From the NCBI GenBank assembly GCA_951406725.2, contig OX597829.1, positions 24,676,001-24,740,000 on the forward strand: 64,000 nt of DNA. The letters run 5' to 3'. Positions 40,176 through 55,425 of this stretch are shown here, in pieces. This stretch comes from Octopus vulgaris (lineage: Eukaryota). A program made the position numbers and the translations under genes. A model generated the notes under the pieces. That model was given only the letters and a program-made list of their open reading frames with translations, was not told where the DNA came from and did not search any database. Each line of letters opens with the position of its first letter. Within the stretch, counting starts at the first letter, position 1.

Positions 40176-42943
40176 CAGAATTCCCCATCTCTAAAATATA
40201 GAGCAGTATCATTATAATTTCAATCACATGATATTTACAAAATGTACTTGACATGACTGGATCTACAAGTTACACCTGGACACCTGCATAGCCGTTATAT
40301 ACATATTAATATTCACATGCACAAACACTGACATACAAAAAATATAGAGATTTACATCTATAAACAGAAGATCTTAGAATTTTTCCATTCTTGTGAAATT
40401 ATTTATATACTCAGACACAACTAAAAAAAAAATACAAACAAATGCAGAGAGAGAGAGAGATAAAATAATGAAGTAACTAACAATGCAGTGACATAGCAAA
40501 TTTTGCAATGTCTTAATATTTTCCTTCTCCCTTAAATTTCTTCTCTTTTTCCTCTCTCCACCATCATCACAACTTTTTACCTCTTATTCTATTTGACTTA
40601 CTTCCCTTAGCATTACACTAAAATGGGTGAGAATGCACTATTGCATTCAGATACTAAACTATATGTATGTCTTATATAACATTATTGCTGCTATACAACA
40701 ACCACTACCTATACTTATGTCTTATATAAACATAACTACTGCTGCACTACAGGTGTAATATGTACTTATGTCTTACATTACCAATATACTAAACTACAAA
40801 ATATATATCTCAACTACTCTGACTTCACCTCACCATCTAGCTAAACCCTTCATTGCTGGAACATTTCCATTGTTTAGGATCTACAATTCCACTTATAAAT
40901 AATTCCAATGAAGATATCCTGTTTCCTGTAGAGTGGATGTGCTTACTCTACTATATAGTTAGTTATAAATTCAGGCCTTGTTTCAACTTTTCTGTTATGT
41001 GTCTATCTCAATGGCATACACTCAACTACTTTAGAATTGAATTAGTGACAGAAATTTTATTGTTCCAATAAAATCCATGAAAAAAAAAAAGAAAGAAAAA
41101 AACATTAAGTAAAACTACAATTTCTACTTACAAAACAAAATACAAACAAGATATTTTTGTAGGAGAGGAGGTGTGTAATCAAATAGACCTCAATACAATG
41201 GCTGTATGATGATCTAAAGAGTATTTGAACTAAAAAGAGAGATGAAATTAAACATGGACATGAACTTCTGTCCAATTTTACAACCAGCTTATAAAATAAG
41301 TAACATTTTGTTTGGCCAAATTATATTAACATCGGCATCAAGCTGTTAAAAGGAGGGGAACTGGAGTAAATAAAAAAATTAGACTTGGTTTACTTTTCCT
41401 AAAGATAAGAAACAAGTTCATATTGATTTATGTTGATAGATCAATACAAGAATCGTCATAGACTACTTTCTATATTGACCTTATATGGGATCTTGACAGC
41501 TTTTTAATTTTTCTTCATATACAAAGTACATAGTTAATGTTTCGCATACTCCAGTACAGGTGAACAATTCACAGAGACTACAATGTGTATATACACAACT
41601 AAACACATGCACTAATTAAAAACAAAATATTTCACATTCAAAGTATTCTTAGCTATAAAACAAAAAAAAAAAAAAAAAAATAGGTAAACAGTTGAGTTGA
41701 AGAATGATAATGAGCACAATACATCTGAGAGTACATTTGCAGTGAATATATGGTACAGAGATCCTTGTAATGTACTTACCTGGCTAAGAGCAAAAGTGGA
41801 GAGAGAGCGAGGGAGAGAGAGAGATTTAGGCAAGTGTACTAAACAAGAAATTGCTGATTTCAGAGGGGTTTTTTTTTAAACTTTGGTTTTATTTTAACAA
41901 TATTGAGATTGAAACAACTCCAACGGAAATACATCATAAACAAAAAACATTCTCTTGGTGTAGCCAAGTGTAGTCTGAATCTTGTATATGTAGAAAATGA
42001 AACCATTTCTATTGGCACAGGACCATATATTTATTATAGGTGAAGTGTATATATAGGTGTCTAGAACTTAATATTATTATTAAATAATGACATTTCTCTC
42101 AACACTTCCAGAATGACAAAAGACAATGTCAAGTCTGAATTTCATACAAAACTATAAGAGGCAACAAAGCTCAACACTGTAAAGGCCAGATTCTCTGTAA
42201 TTTCTACAACTTTACCAACTGAAATAAAGATTTCTAACTTTGACAGAATACCAGTTATTTCATTAATCCCTTCTACACCCATCAAAAGCAAAGTTAGCAC
42301 AGCAAGATTATAAAAATTTACACAACCAATTCTATCAAGCAGTAAATAAGCCAATAATTGAGCTTATTGTGGTTACTGCTTAAAATAGCAGCCAAATACT
42401 CCTTAAATCACATCCTATATCTTAAAAGAAAGACTCATTTGATAATGCAATTCAGAGTACACTACATATCTATAGACAGCTGAACAGCAGTTAGCAGGTT
42501 GCAGCACATGGCCTAAGCCATGAGCAATATTCTTTATGCAAGAGACAGAAGACTACAAAAGCGTAAGACATGTCAGCCAAGTGGAAAAGCACACAGCAAT
42601 GAAGGCTACAGCTAACACTGCAGCACATTTCATCATGTTTCCAGTGTATGGCTGCCATTGTGCATCTGACTTTGACCTAAGATCCCACATGAGGCTACAC
42701 AAATGAACAAAGTGCTAGGTTGGACTTTATCGACCTCAATAATTGACCAACAGCAAAATATCTATAAGCATAGTCAACCCTGGATACATAACCAGTGTCC
42801 ATAATACAGCATACTTATAGACACTCAGGATACAATACAGGCAATATAGATGTACAGCACAAAATCATTTTGTCTGGTCCTCTACTGAGCCTACCAATTC
42901 TCTTCTTGGATATCTTTTTTGATTCAGTTAATATCAGTTTATA

Positions 42944-44045
42944 TTGGGTTATCAGATAAATTTGTTTATTTCTTTCCGACGTTATTTGAATTAACACAAC
43001 ACAAATTTTTATTGTAGTGTACTATGTTATTTTGTAGCTTTATTTTCCTCTAGAAGTTGTTTTATCATTTTTGAAATTTGAATAAATTTTACCTCTTTAC
43101 AAATATATGATGATGGAGTATTAAGTAAGAAAACACAAGTGTTCAAATGCTGCTCAAGACATTCGTGGTGTGTATAGAGAAGGTTCTACTACTGAAAGAA
43201 CTGCACAGAAATGGCTTTCATGCTTCAACAACGGAAAATTCAACCTTATAGACTTTCTGTATTCCAGCCAACCATTTCAATTCAAGGAAGATTGATTGAA
43301 CCAGCTCATCCACAAAGATCTGCACCAATCCACTCGGAAATTGTCCTAGAAGATGGGATGCTGTCACGATACTGTTACACTTGATGAGTAAGATTCAAAA
43401 ACTCAGTGCATGGGTGCCACACATTCTGAGCAAAACTGACAAACTCCAGTGCTCTTCTATTGCTCCAACAACACCAAGCTACTCAAGGACATGAAGATTT
43501 CTCTACCACATTTCACTGGAAATGAAAAATGATGCCTTTACATGAATATGAAGCAGAGAAAATAATAGCGGAGTTCTGATAAACAAACGACACCTCAAGC
43601 CAAACCAGAGCTGCATCCATTATGAAATGCTTGAAAACAACTAGTCAATGCAGAGCTTTATATTCAGTAAATGTACTGGTTCAACAAGGCAATCTAGTTC
43701 AAACAGTCTAACATGAAGTGTTTCTTCAAGACAACCACATTTTCCTCCACATCACTAATTTGATCAAAAATGCTGTTCAAGAGCTCAGTTGCAAAGCTCA
43801 ACTGCACCCAATGTATTTCTGGATATAGTACCTTCAGGTTATTGCCTTTTTTTGCTAACTCTCCACCAGCAAGAGGTTTTATTCAACAACATGGAGCTGA
43901 ATACATGGGTCGATGAATACTTTGAGTCAAGACTCAGTTATTTCAAGTCAAGGCATTGACAAGAAAGAAGGTGATTGATTTGTTAAAATTGTTGATGAAA
44001 AAAATGATTAAAATAAGTGTAAAGAAAAAATTTATGACAACCCAA
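42944..44045 (+). mobile_element. Decayed mariner (Tc1/mariner) transposon
   Basis: TA-TTGGGTTATCAGATAAATT ... AATTTATGACAACCCAA-TA terminal inverted repeats with a TA duplication. Transposase relics: ERTAQKW (~43194), WVPH (43411), TGNEK* for TGDEKW (43515) and a frameshifted HPxYSPDxxPSDY (~43805). Confidence 0.9.
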
Positions 44046-44099
44046 TACATTCTCTCCCTGTAAAATAGTCAATTATGATCAGTGTATTTAATTACTTGA

Positions 44100-44420
44100 A
44101 GGTGTTTGGCTTAGTGGTTAGGGCATTCGATTGTCCATTATAAGACCACGAGTTCAATACCCAGCAGTTATGTTGTGTCCTCGAGTAAGAAATGTCATTT
44201 CACATTACTCCAGTCCATTAAGCTGGCAAAAATGAGTTGTAAGAGTAATTCAAGGGGCTAGTCACGTCACATTCTGTGTTACACTGAATCTACCCAAGAA
44301 CTTGTTAAAAGTATGCATGTCTGTGGTGGGCTCAGCCACTTACACATTATTTCAAGAGGAAGCTGTTCCATTACCTGCATCAACTGGAATCCTTGTTGTT
44401 GTAATCAACAGGGCATCAGT
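44100..44420 (+). mobile_element. Additional tRNA-derived SINE family
   Basis: TGGCTTAGTGGTTAGGG A box, GAGTTCAATACC B box and TGTGTCCTCGAGTAAG central motif. Confidence 0.55.
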
Positions 44421-45316
44421 GTGAGTGTATTCAATTAGTGTGTCACAAGATGGTCAAACATAATATTAGTAAAAAAAAAAACAACTCTTAAAAGATTTAA
44501 GTAGTGAATCCTGTAATTCACAGGGTTATGTCGTCGAAGCACTGGTCTTCAAAATGAGTATCCAGAACAATATTGCATGGCACAGCCTGTCCAACCAAAA
44601 CAGCATGGTTTGAACTCAGCACAGCACAATGAACTGTTGTGCTACCATCATGAATTAGGGTGACCTTCATTGCAATCAACCTTCAATGATGTAGAAACCA
44701 ATACCAACTTTCAGTTAACACTTTATAGTAGTTGCCTCATTAAACCAATAATTAGGATTCTAACACAGATAAAATATACTTCCCAAAGGTTCTGAAACAA
44801 AATCAAAAGATACTGATAGATAGCAATAGTATAAACACTAAAAAAATGGTAGAAACATATCAATTTCTTTTCAGATGAAAATAAGAAATAAAAAACTAGT
44901 TTTTAAACCTATTTGTCACAGCAGATCTACAGTCACTATCGTCCTCTTTCAGCCACTACAACCACCTTACAGACATCAGACCATTTGCAATCACTACAGA
45001 ACCCTTACAGTCACCACAAATCTCCAAGAATATTAAATTTCTCCTATTAACATTCATTGTGATCCTTAAGTTATTAAATTCTTACAAGTCTATTGAGTAG
45101 TAATCATCTAATGAGATAGAAGCTATGTGATTGCTTAACACACTAAAAGTTAGCAGCTAAATCTCTCTCAAATCACACCCCATCTTAAAACAGAAATGAC
45201 AAATTCAACAGTGTACTCTCGAGTACACCAAACTTAGAGATACAAGGGGCAAGATGGTCCTGGTGGCAATATCTCTGACAATAAATCTGTCAAATGAGGA
45301 CCAACTCAAGATTAAA

Positions 45317-45665
45317 TAAGAGCACTCAGATAGTGCAAGCCTCTACCAAGGCAACACCAACGTCCTCTCAATGATTAGCCAGAGATGATTTTTAAAATGC
45401 GAATATCTGAAGTAAACTCAACTGCTTTCACAAATGAGAATACTAAAAAAATGAACCAGACTGCTCTCAAAAATTAAGTAAAAAAAAAAAACAGGCAAAA
45501 TAATCCAGAATCCTTGTCCAGTACCGGATTGATCTCAAAGTCTAATCAGTTCATGCTAGTCACAAGGCAAACATTCCTGAAATCGTGAGATATCTTGTCC
45601 ATGGACAAACAAACAAACAAACAACTGAAAACAAACCTCTGCTTTCACTAAGGTGGAGGTAATAA
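45317..45665 (-). mobile_element. Helentron-associated (HINE/DINE-like) element
   Basis: Minus strand: TTATTACCTCCACC...GCAGAGGT hairpin, (TTTG)n microsatellite, subterminal inverted copy CTTGGTAGAGG and 3' hairpin GCACTATCTGAGTGC. Confidence 0.55.
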
Positions 45666-48152
45666 CAACCACCATCAAGTAGTAAAAAAAAATATTTCAT
45701 TATATAGAGTTTCTAAGAATTTTACTTTTCATTCTTGAAATAAATTTATAACCTGCTGAAGACTAAAGTCTTTGGATTTATTACTGCTACATTACCAATT
45801 CTTCAAAGCCATAAGATTTCAGGAGTAAAATAATCTACTTGCAAAACAAATTATTTACATGTATATTTTTAACTCGTGTAAAATTCCATTCATATTAAAC
45901 AAATGTATTTAATCGGACAAATCAAAAGCCATCCAATATTAAAAGTTTTTAATAAATAGTTCAACAAATAGTAACAGATTCTAACAAAGTTGCAATACCT
46001 GAAATTGGATTGGAGTTAGAGTTAACTGATGAAATTGATTCCAGTTCTAAACTGATACTTTATTTTATCAACTCTGGAATGTTTGAAAGCAAAGTTGACT
46101 TTGGTAGGATTTGATCTCAGATGGCAAAATATCAAAAGATACACCACAATTTTGATACTCAATAATTAAACTGCCCTAATTCAGCAAGATAATAATGAAA
46201 GGTTATGTTCTGTATTTACTGAGGAACTAGTATCGAATCAAACAAGAAAGATACCTACCAAATTCCAAAATTCTGGAACCAAAATCTGGATTTATATTCA
46301 GACAAAAAGTTTCTAATCAGCTTATAATTAAAGGAGATATATTTAATCCTTTTGCATTCAGATTACTCTATGAAATGTAATGCTCATTTATTTTTAGAAT
46401 GACATATTATAGGGCAGGTGAAAGAGACAAAATCTGGCTAATGTGAAGATAAAACAAGTAAAATATATAGGCTGGATATGGTCAGTTTAAATGCTAAAGA
46501 GTTGAAGCTAAACAATTCTAAAATTAACATGTAAAACGCCATGTCAAAATCATCCATTTATGTCCATTTTCCATGGTAGCATGGATTGGACAGGCCAGCA
46601 CAATCAGTTTCTTTTGGAAGTCACTATTCTCAAAGACAGACCAGAGGACCATGTCAGTAGATTTGGTTTCTCCAAAATCAATGCTCTTCTTATCACCAAT
46701 GTTTATAGGATATTTATAGTTTAATGGCTATTTTATAATGGCACAAGCACTAGAGAGATTGTCATGTCTTTGATGAGATAGGTCTAAAGGAAGATTTCAA
46801 CTTTAAGCTTTCTCTGCTCATTCACCAACCACTTTAGATACCATAAGAGCAAAATGCACAGCTTTTATATCAATCTTTTAGCATTGCTAAATATTCATCT
46901 CTTATTTAGACACAATGACAACAGTTAAAGAAGGCTATAATTAATTGCATCAACCTCACTGCATCCCCATTCCAGACTACTATCATTACTATTTATTTTA
47001 TCAAGTGGAGGGACATAAAAAAAAGTCAAGATTTGAACTTGGCACCTTGTGAACTGAAACTAAAATTTTCCAGCTATCAATTTTATATATATATATATAT
47101 AACCAGGTATGTTAATTTCCTTTTTATAATCTGAAAATATTTGCTTTGTCCCACATATATGCCATGCTAATCTCCAACTGCAGTCAAGAACAATTTCAGG
47201 AAAAACCAACAAATGAGATAAAAACTGACAAGTTATATCATCTAATTAACCTTTTAATTACATATCACTGTAGTACACAGTACTGTCAAATCAGTGCCAG
47301 TTTCCTTGCCTTTCCAACAACAAAAATAACACCTACCTATTGAGCTATTAAAGTTTTAATTATTGATAATTAATCATAACCATATCTAGCTCCATTCCCC
47401 AAGATTCAAGAGTGAGGTATCTTCTTTGTTTCAAACTTGTTTATTATTCTTATTAATTCTGCAATAACATTGAGAACATTTGCATTTAAAAGTTCCTAGT
47501 GCAAGCCAATGTTAAGTACACTTAGTAAGGTATGATTGAGTGAAAAGTGACCGTGATCAACAAGCATGTCCCCAACTTCCTACAAAAAAGTTGTACACTT
47601 AATGATGCAATCAGCATTGATTGTCATGTACCTATTATCCCATACAATCAAAGACAATAATAATTTCACATTTTGACACATGCCCAGCAATTTTGAGGTG
47701 AGGGGGCAATTTGATTACATTGATCTTACAAAAAAATAAACAACAAAATTGACCACAGCAGAATTTGAACTCAGAATATAAAGAGCCAGAAAAAATGTCA
47801 CTAAGCATTTTGTCCAACACACTAATGATTCTGCCAGCTCACCACCTTTATAAAAACAGGTAGTGAAGCCTTAATGATATTGCTCAACCAGAATGAAAAG
47901 TGACAATGAATAGCATAAACCTGTTTTGGAAAAGATCTATGCAGTGGTCACAGTTGAAAGGCCTTTGATCATAAATGTATTCAATGATAGCTGGCAGAGA
48001 GTTAAACATTTATCTTACCTCTCTGTTGTCTGGTTTCTTAAATCATGTAAAAGATGCTACCAAACATTTCACAAATTTAAAGTTTTTGTATTTGCTTTGC
48101 AAGATTCTTGATGTGAAACCATGAGTTGAAAACAGATTTTGATTTATATTGA

Positions 48153-48478
48153 GAGGGTCATTATGCTAAAACACACACACTGGTTCTATTTCACTTCTTT
48201 CATCATTTACCGTCCGCTTTATTCATTAATTGGTTACTAATTTAATCAATTAACTAATTGAGTGCTTGATTAGTCATGCAGTTTAGTCAATCAGTAGAGA
48301 GGGTATGTCACTGAATAAGTTGAGAATGATGATGAAAGGACTTTGACATGATCGACTAATTATCCAAATGAGTGATTAAATAACAAATTAGTTAATTAGT
48401 TAAATAGTTAGCCAACTGACAAATAATAAAGAAATGAAATAGAAGCAGTGTGTGTTTGTTATTGGTGTAATGACCCTC
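48153..48478. mobile_element. MITE with ~50-bp terminal inverted repeats
   Basis: GAGGGTCATTA...ACACACACTGGTTCTATTTCA at left mirrors TGAAATAGAAGCAGTGTGTGT...TAATGACCCTC at right. Confidence 0.65.
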
Positions 48479-48536
48479 CCAAAATATAAACTGTTTTCCT
48501 TTTAGGTATTCAAAGAATCATTGTATCAACAAAGAT

Positions 48537-48813
48537 GATGGTTCTCAAAGCAGTTCTCTTAAAAGCATTCTGGTCTTTCTGCAAGTCAAGGGATCTTTCA
48601 ATAGAAAAATATTTCATAAAAAAAGAGAAGTATTCACCATTTCAAAGTAATCTTTTTATATAATTTGTTTTTCCTTTTAAACAATTCTTATTTCATTTAA
48701 TATTTTATTAAAATATTAAAGATGAGGGTTGTCTGGAGAATATAGGCATGAGTTCTGTGATTTTTGGAAAATAATATAAGGGTTCACTGACAAAATAAGT
48801 TTGGGAACCACTA
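48537..48813. mobile_element. Degenerate hAT-type MITE
   Basis: TGGTTCTCAAA ... TTTGGGAACCACT inverted ends. Confidence 0.5.
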
Positions 48814-51087
48814 ATATAGAAAATACTATATAAATGTTGATAACATATTGGGTAACATACCCACTATGTTTTCTGTAGCTGAAGATCCACTAGTAACCTA
48901 CTCATCACTTTCACTTACCTGAGGAATCTCACCTTATAGAAATTTTTGGTGAAAGCAGTCTTACAACCCTTAATATTAAAGCTTTCAACAATATCTGGAA
49001 TCAGAATTCTCCTGTCAAAATTATCCACTAATAGGCCAATAGGCTTCATCAGTTGCACATTTACTGAATCAATGTACAATCTCTTTCCAATCCCCATTCT
49101 ATCAACTCTGGTGTGCTCTCAAGTTCAGTCTTGTCTCTAAACTCTCCCTTTTATAAATCAAAGGTCTACTAGCTGTCACATCAAACAAATACTACTCTTA
49201 CACAGATGATAGTGGCCCTTCACTCTTTTTTAACCTTAGCCAAGTATGCATTAACCACTCACCACCTAAATATCACACACCAAACTTGCACCAATTCAGA
49301 AACAAAGACCTCAAAAGAATCCACCAATAAGGGATATACCAGTATTGGCTGTTTTAACTTCAGGGAAATACATGTATTACTTATATCAAGAAAACATCAT
49401 CACTCTACATTCTGCTTAATCTTGGGAAGTACTCAACCTGAGCCCTCGAAGATCTCTCCTGGCAAAAGCACATCCTTAACATAGCTAGGACTGCATCCCA
49501 AAGCCTGGTCCTTCTCTTCAGCGTCAGAAGATACTTCATCCCCCATCCCAACCGTCACTGATACTCTTACAAATTTCAGGCATGACCCACAATAGAGTAT
49601 TGCTCTCACACCCAGGATTGGACTGCTGCAACATACAGCCATTCAAGACCAAATCCAGAAAAGGGGCATCAGGATGAGATTGGCATAAAGTCACTCACAT
49701 ACATGTTCCCATTTCTCATATATTAGATATGTCTCCACTTCTTGTTTTTACTACCACTACCACTACTACTGCTGCTGTTGCTGCTGGAATGGTCTCCGTT
49801 CCTCAGAACTGATTGGGCTCATGTTGCCTTCACTCAGGAATTTCTGACTCACTCATCATTTCTATTTCCCTTATAACACATGTAACATCCGATCCCACCA
49901 GAAATCACATTAATCAATAAAGGACTGCTTCCTTCCAAGAGTATCATCATCCCTCAGGAATTTTTCCTCCTGCTCACGTCCTTCATGCAGTAGTTAATTT
50001 ACAAAGGATTCACGAGGAACATAAATGTCACCAATGTCTAGAGTTTCAGGCGACCTGTGATGGCTATGGGCACTGTCCCTTCCTCAAGACTAAACAAATA
50101 AAGAACAATTATATTGATTTGTTTGAATGAATAACTAACTGTGTCATAATGGAAAACACACACAAAATGCTATTGTTGATTTATCTAATTCAAGCAAATA
50201 CTCACAAGACAACAAAAAAATGTCAGTAGTCATTTCATAAAACTACAATTGTTTATAAATTAGATTGTTTTCTCTATAAAGTTTTCCCGTTCCAGCTTGT
50301 AGAAATAACAGCGAAATCTCCCTCGTTTTCAGATTCTTCAGTTTTTAGAACAGCAAGCACAGGACGTAGAGCCGGACACAGTACAAACCCCCTGCCCCCC
50401 ACCACCACCAAAAAAGGAGAGGTGATCACGGTTAGAATACCTTTGATCATATAAGAGGCCAGCTGAATCTTAGTTAAGTTCATTGATACAAACAGTTGCT
50501 ATTCATGTGTGAAATGTTATTCCAACTTTCATGTCTCTCTTAGTCAACATCTTTAACAATTACTGAGACAACGAGAGGAAGGATATTATTTGTTGCCGCA
50601 TACAAACAGGTATCTTTTGATATATATTTCAAAACTAACTTCAGTAGATACCTGGTAGAGTAAACAGTGAACAGCATCTCATTCCGCTCGACTAATACAC
50701 CAACTCTTTAATCAAGAGGGAAAAAGAGCCATCTTGACAAACGAAGTCAATAATATTGACGAGACAACTAAGGAAGTTTGAAATTGAATGAAATTAATAA
50801 ACATCCTGATATTTAAAATATAACTAAAGTGTGTGTCATAACACATATAGAAGCAAACAAAGAAAATTGTAGAAAAAAAAAGGAAGAAACGTGGAAGCTT
50901 TAACAGTAAAATTAAGACTTAATTGTATTTTGGATTGAAAGAATAACATATATTATAATAAACTGCATGATATAATTTTAAAAAGTCAGCGACCTAAGAG
51001 GTTACTTTGGTAAGATGAAAAAAAAAAAGAATTTACGAAGTTTCCGACAAAAGGTTAATTATTAAAAACATCCCTTACTAAAAATAA

Positions 51088-51173
51088 ATAAATAAATAAA
51101 ATAAAGACCAAGCTAATGAGATCAGACAATATAAATAAATAAAATAAAGACCAAGCTAATGAGATCAGACAAT
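51088..51173. repeat. Perfect 43-bp tandem duplication
   Basis: ATAAATAAATAAAATAAAGACCAAGCTAATGAGATCAGACAAT occurs twice. Confidence 0.9.
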
Positions 51174-52320
51174 ATATGTTATAAAATCTTCAAAAGTATT
51201 ATTAGTGTAATGCCATATTCGAAAAAGAAAAGCATTGCAAATAAAGCAGATATAGTTTTAATTATTCTGTATCTCAGTCCTCTATTAATTATATTCATTA
51301 GCAAATAAAGTAAAACGCCCTTCCTCGTAACTGATATATCCTCTGGAAACCTAGATCATTTAATAACAACAGCAGAGGATAGCCAGTTTGCTGGCTCTGT
51401 GTGTATACACACACATACGTACATAAACACACACTCATGCACTTAAAAAACAGTTCCGATTGTTTCCTAAAGATCCTACCCTAACAAATGAGTAATATTA
51501 TACAAACATAATATACATATACCCATGCACAATCACACACAGAACGTTTGCTAAGGGCACAAAAGCTCGATTACGGAAGTTTATTACTTATTACGCTGTC
51601 AAAATATGTTTTTGGAATATATTTTAATTACAAATTAACACAACCATGCTAATAAGTTAATCATAAAAAAACCCAATTGTTAAATCATTAGAAAAAAATA
51701 ACAACTAGTAAATTAATTCTTAGCCAACAATTGACACCCAGAAATAAGAATAGTTCTGAGAAACTAAATATTCCGCGATATTTAGACAGGAATTCTATAG
51801 AAGTGTTTAAACGAAATGCTTCTTTTTAATTAAGAGTTTATAAGATAAATGAGAACAAGTTGCTAGGTGTATAGACCATTATTAAACAAATCAAGCTCGG
51901 GCAAGCAATAGATAGTACTGGTTGGTACTCTTAACATTTTACTATGAACCAGAGCAAACTAGAAAATAGTAATAGCAACGCGATTGTTTTTGTTTAAACC
52001 CAAAGACATCCAAAACCAAGCAGACAAAATTTGGTTGCTATTTCTAGTGAAGTCGGGTTCTCTTGAATATAAGTCTACATAGCGGTTCTCTTGAATATAA
52101 ATTTTGTTGCTGATTAAGATAAAATATTCCGAAGATTTTGATTAAATATGAAGTAAATGGCAGCGATTCAGGAATAAGGAATGTCGTCTTGAGGTATACA
52201 AAAGGAAGAAAACAGGTATAGGTGTTTATGGAAAGACAAAATAAAAATGTAAATAACACAGGAATGCTATGGAAATCTATTTCAACATAAGACCCAACCT
52301 AAGATATTTAATATTTCATC

Positions 52321-52353
<33 letters not shown>

Positions 52354-52355
52354 TC

Positions 52356-52410
<55 letters not shown>

Positions 52411-54321
52411 AACATATCTCCAAATATACATATATATAATATACAAGCATATCTCTAAATATATATATCTCCACACACACACACACACAATGTGTAGTGT
52501 GAATTAGAGGAGAAAATTCAATTATATGTATATATTTATAGTCTTGGGAGAGTCATTACGCCAATAATAACAACACACGCATAGGTCCAATTCCACTTCT
52601 TTATTATTAATCAATTGGTTAAATATTTTACACACACACACATTATTTACTATGCAGTCAGAAAAAACTGAATAATAGAGCGGAAAGCAGTTTCATTTGA
52701 AAAATATAAATTATAAACAACACAACCTACTTCCTCCTCACAAACATTTTTAATTACGGAATGCAGAGTGGCAAATGATAAAATCTCTTCAAGTACCACT
52801 CAAAGTCAATTAGCAATAAAACTACAATATGGTATTATATAACAAACAAGTATTTTATTTTTTAAAAAAGGTCTTAGTTCAGGTGGAGGACAAATATAAC
52901 AAAATCCCCATTTAGTTTGAAAGGTCATCCATCGAAAGACTTTAGAGACATTAACACCATTGTAGTAATTACAATTATCATCATCATCTTCACTAGTATT
53001 ACTACTATTACAAATACTGTTATCACTACTATTATTACTGCTATTATTACTACTACTACTACTACCACCACCACCACCACCACTGTTGTTTTTATTGGTA
53101 GAGTTGTGTTTGAGAAATGGCATGAACATCACAACTGCTCAATAGCAGCAGCAGCTCCTATAAATGTGATGCTTTTATATGTGAACAGATTTATTAGAGC
53201 CTGGATTGATTCGCTTGACGACCATTTCCAAAGAAATTCGAAATTTCTCACCTTGAGATGATAGCAAAGTAGAAACTAAATTTTAAATATATGAAATATG
53301 TATCACATCTACAATAATAAATGGACTTGCAAAACACCAACGTTAATTAATGGGGAAACATTATATGATATTTTTTTTTTTTTTAAACTGAGTTCTTGAA
53401 TAATTTTCATACTAAGTTTAAAAAAAAACAAACAGAAAAAATATTTTTCTATAATAAAAACAAAGAAAATAGGGAGGTGTGTGTGTATTTGTGTTTTGAA
53501 ATGTTTGGAGCAATGCTAAAGCGGAATGGAGTGAATATTTCTTTAAAGAAACTAGCTACATTAATTAGTTGCCAATTGGTAACATCTGAGGAAAAAATCT
53601 AGATGAAAAGAAGCACCGAAAACATTGCGGCTAAGACAGAAAAAACAAATGAAAACACTCATAATTCGCCATTATCCAAATGGAGAAGAGAGGGGAAAAA
53701 AAGTTTCTAGACAGCGATTTGCGCGTGTGTGTGTGTGTGTGTGTACGATATAATCCGACAATAAACCAAGGAAGGTTGTTTTTAATAAACAAATCAAGGT
53801 GAAGTAGTTAAGGTGTATGAAGTCTGTTTACTAATAATAATAAACATTGTTCATTTGATAACAGAAAAAAAATAATCTCTCAGGACAAAAAGCCAGATAT
53901 TTTCGACCACCAACCGTCGCCTCCTCCACACCACTCGATGGCCTTCATGCAGCACTTTATTTTATCGACCCAGGAAATATGAAAAAGGCTCGAGAATTAC
54001 AAATGATATATGTTTACTCGTCTGGTGCTTAGGGAAGCTAAAATTAGTAAACAAAGATTTTTTTATTTTCTTTAATTATAGTATTTTGTCAATTCTAATT
54101 CCACTGAAATGTAGAAATTGACGCCAAGAACGAATTAGGTTTTGGTTGGAAAAGCAAACGTGGAGGAAGGCAATGAAAAACTTAAATATATTACCCTACT
54201 TCTCTAAATATAAATTATGAAACTGAACACTAATAAAACTATTTTCTCTGGCAATGATTCTTTTATTTAAGTGCTGAGATTAAAAGGAGTAAACAGGTGA
54301 AGTTTATAAGATATATTTATA

Positions 54322-54361
<40 letters not shown>

Positions 54362-54559
54362 GCTGATTAGAAACTAACGCAATACATTTAGGTTCAGTGC
54401 TAAAAATAACAGCTAGATCTCCAAATTACTGTCTTAAATGAATGTGATCAGCTATACAAAAGAAACGCACATACACATGTGAACACGCTATTATTCCATG
54501 CTTGCACAAGTCCTCTCCTCAGCATCTTGTCACTTGTTGTGATCCTTCATAAGCTTCTT

Positions 54560-54947
54560 GGATGAGATTCCACATCATGAAATCAGACTCCAACACCTCT
54601 CCCACATGTTCGTTCCCCCCATGGATCACTAGGTACTTCTTTACTCAACTGTCATCCTCCATACACATCACATACCTCTACCCACTTCAGTCTTCTCTCT
54701 TACACACATCTGATCCTTCTTATACCCAGTTTTTTTTTGTTTTTTTTTTTGTCTTTCGTTCTCCTCCATTTACACTAACTACCACAAAGTTTCCTTCATT
54801 TTCACTAACTATCACACATCCAGCAAAGCATGCTGGCTTCATTTCTGCCCAACCCTTTACACACCCACATTCACTGCCTATGTTTAGCCACCATGTAACA
54901 CCACACTTCATACACAATTATCATACAATCTGCCATTCACAGACAGA

Positions 54948-54989
<42 letters not shown>

Positions 54990-55290
54990 CCCATTGTTGC
55001 TAACAAAGGTAACAGCTCCCTAAACTTTTTACAACCCGTCTTACCCTGGCTACTATGTATTCAGAGCACTCCCTTCCACTGTTAATTAGATCACCTAGGT
55101 AACAGAAGCCATCAACTATTCCTAGGAAGTCTGAGTAGTAGAAAGTATTTCACAGGTTCTTTTATTGCTAATATTGAGGATCTGCTGTAACTGAAGGTCT
55201 TTCTTCTCTTGTCAACAAGCCTGTGGTACACGTTTTGTGTACCCACAGTTTTACAATGCTAATATCATATGGAATTCCTATCTACACCCT
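54560..55290 (-). mobile_element. RTE LINE 3' fragment
   Basis: Homologous to 4340-4800 (GFCYLGDLI, LHGSE-like), broken by (GA)n. Confidence 0.65.
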
Positions 55291-55379
55291 TTCTGCATTT
55301 CAAGCACAGCCACTTCCCAGTTGACACAAGGGTCCTGTGTGCGTGTATATATATATATATATATATATATGCCGAATTA

Positions 55380-55425
<46 letters not shown>

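Noticed and set aside
46026-46060. CTGATGA as another hammerhead core (also CTGAAGA at about 16658 and 45756)
   Set aside because: No stem II plus GAAA and no closing stem I follow these motifs.
52806-53261. Gly/Ser/Asn-rich and Thr-rich ORFs
   Set aside because: Produced by (TAC)n/(CAC)n/(CAT)n triplet repeats; no domain or splice support.
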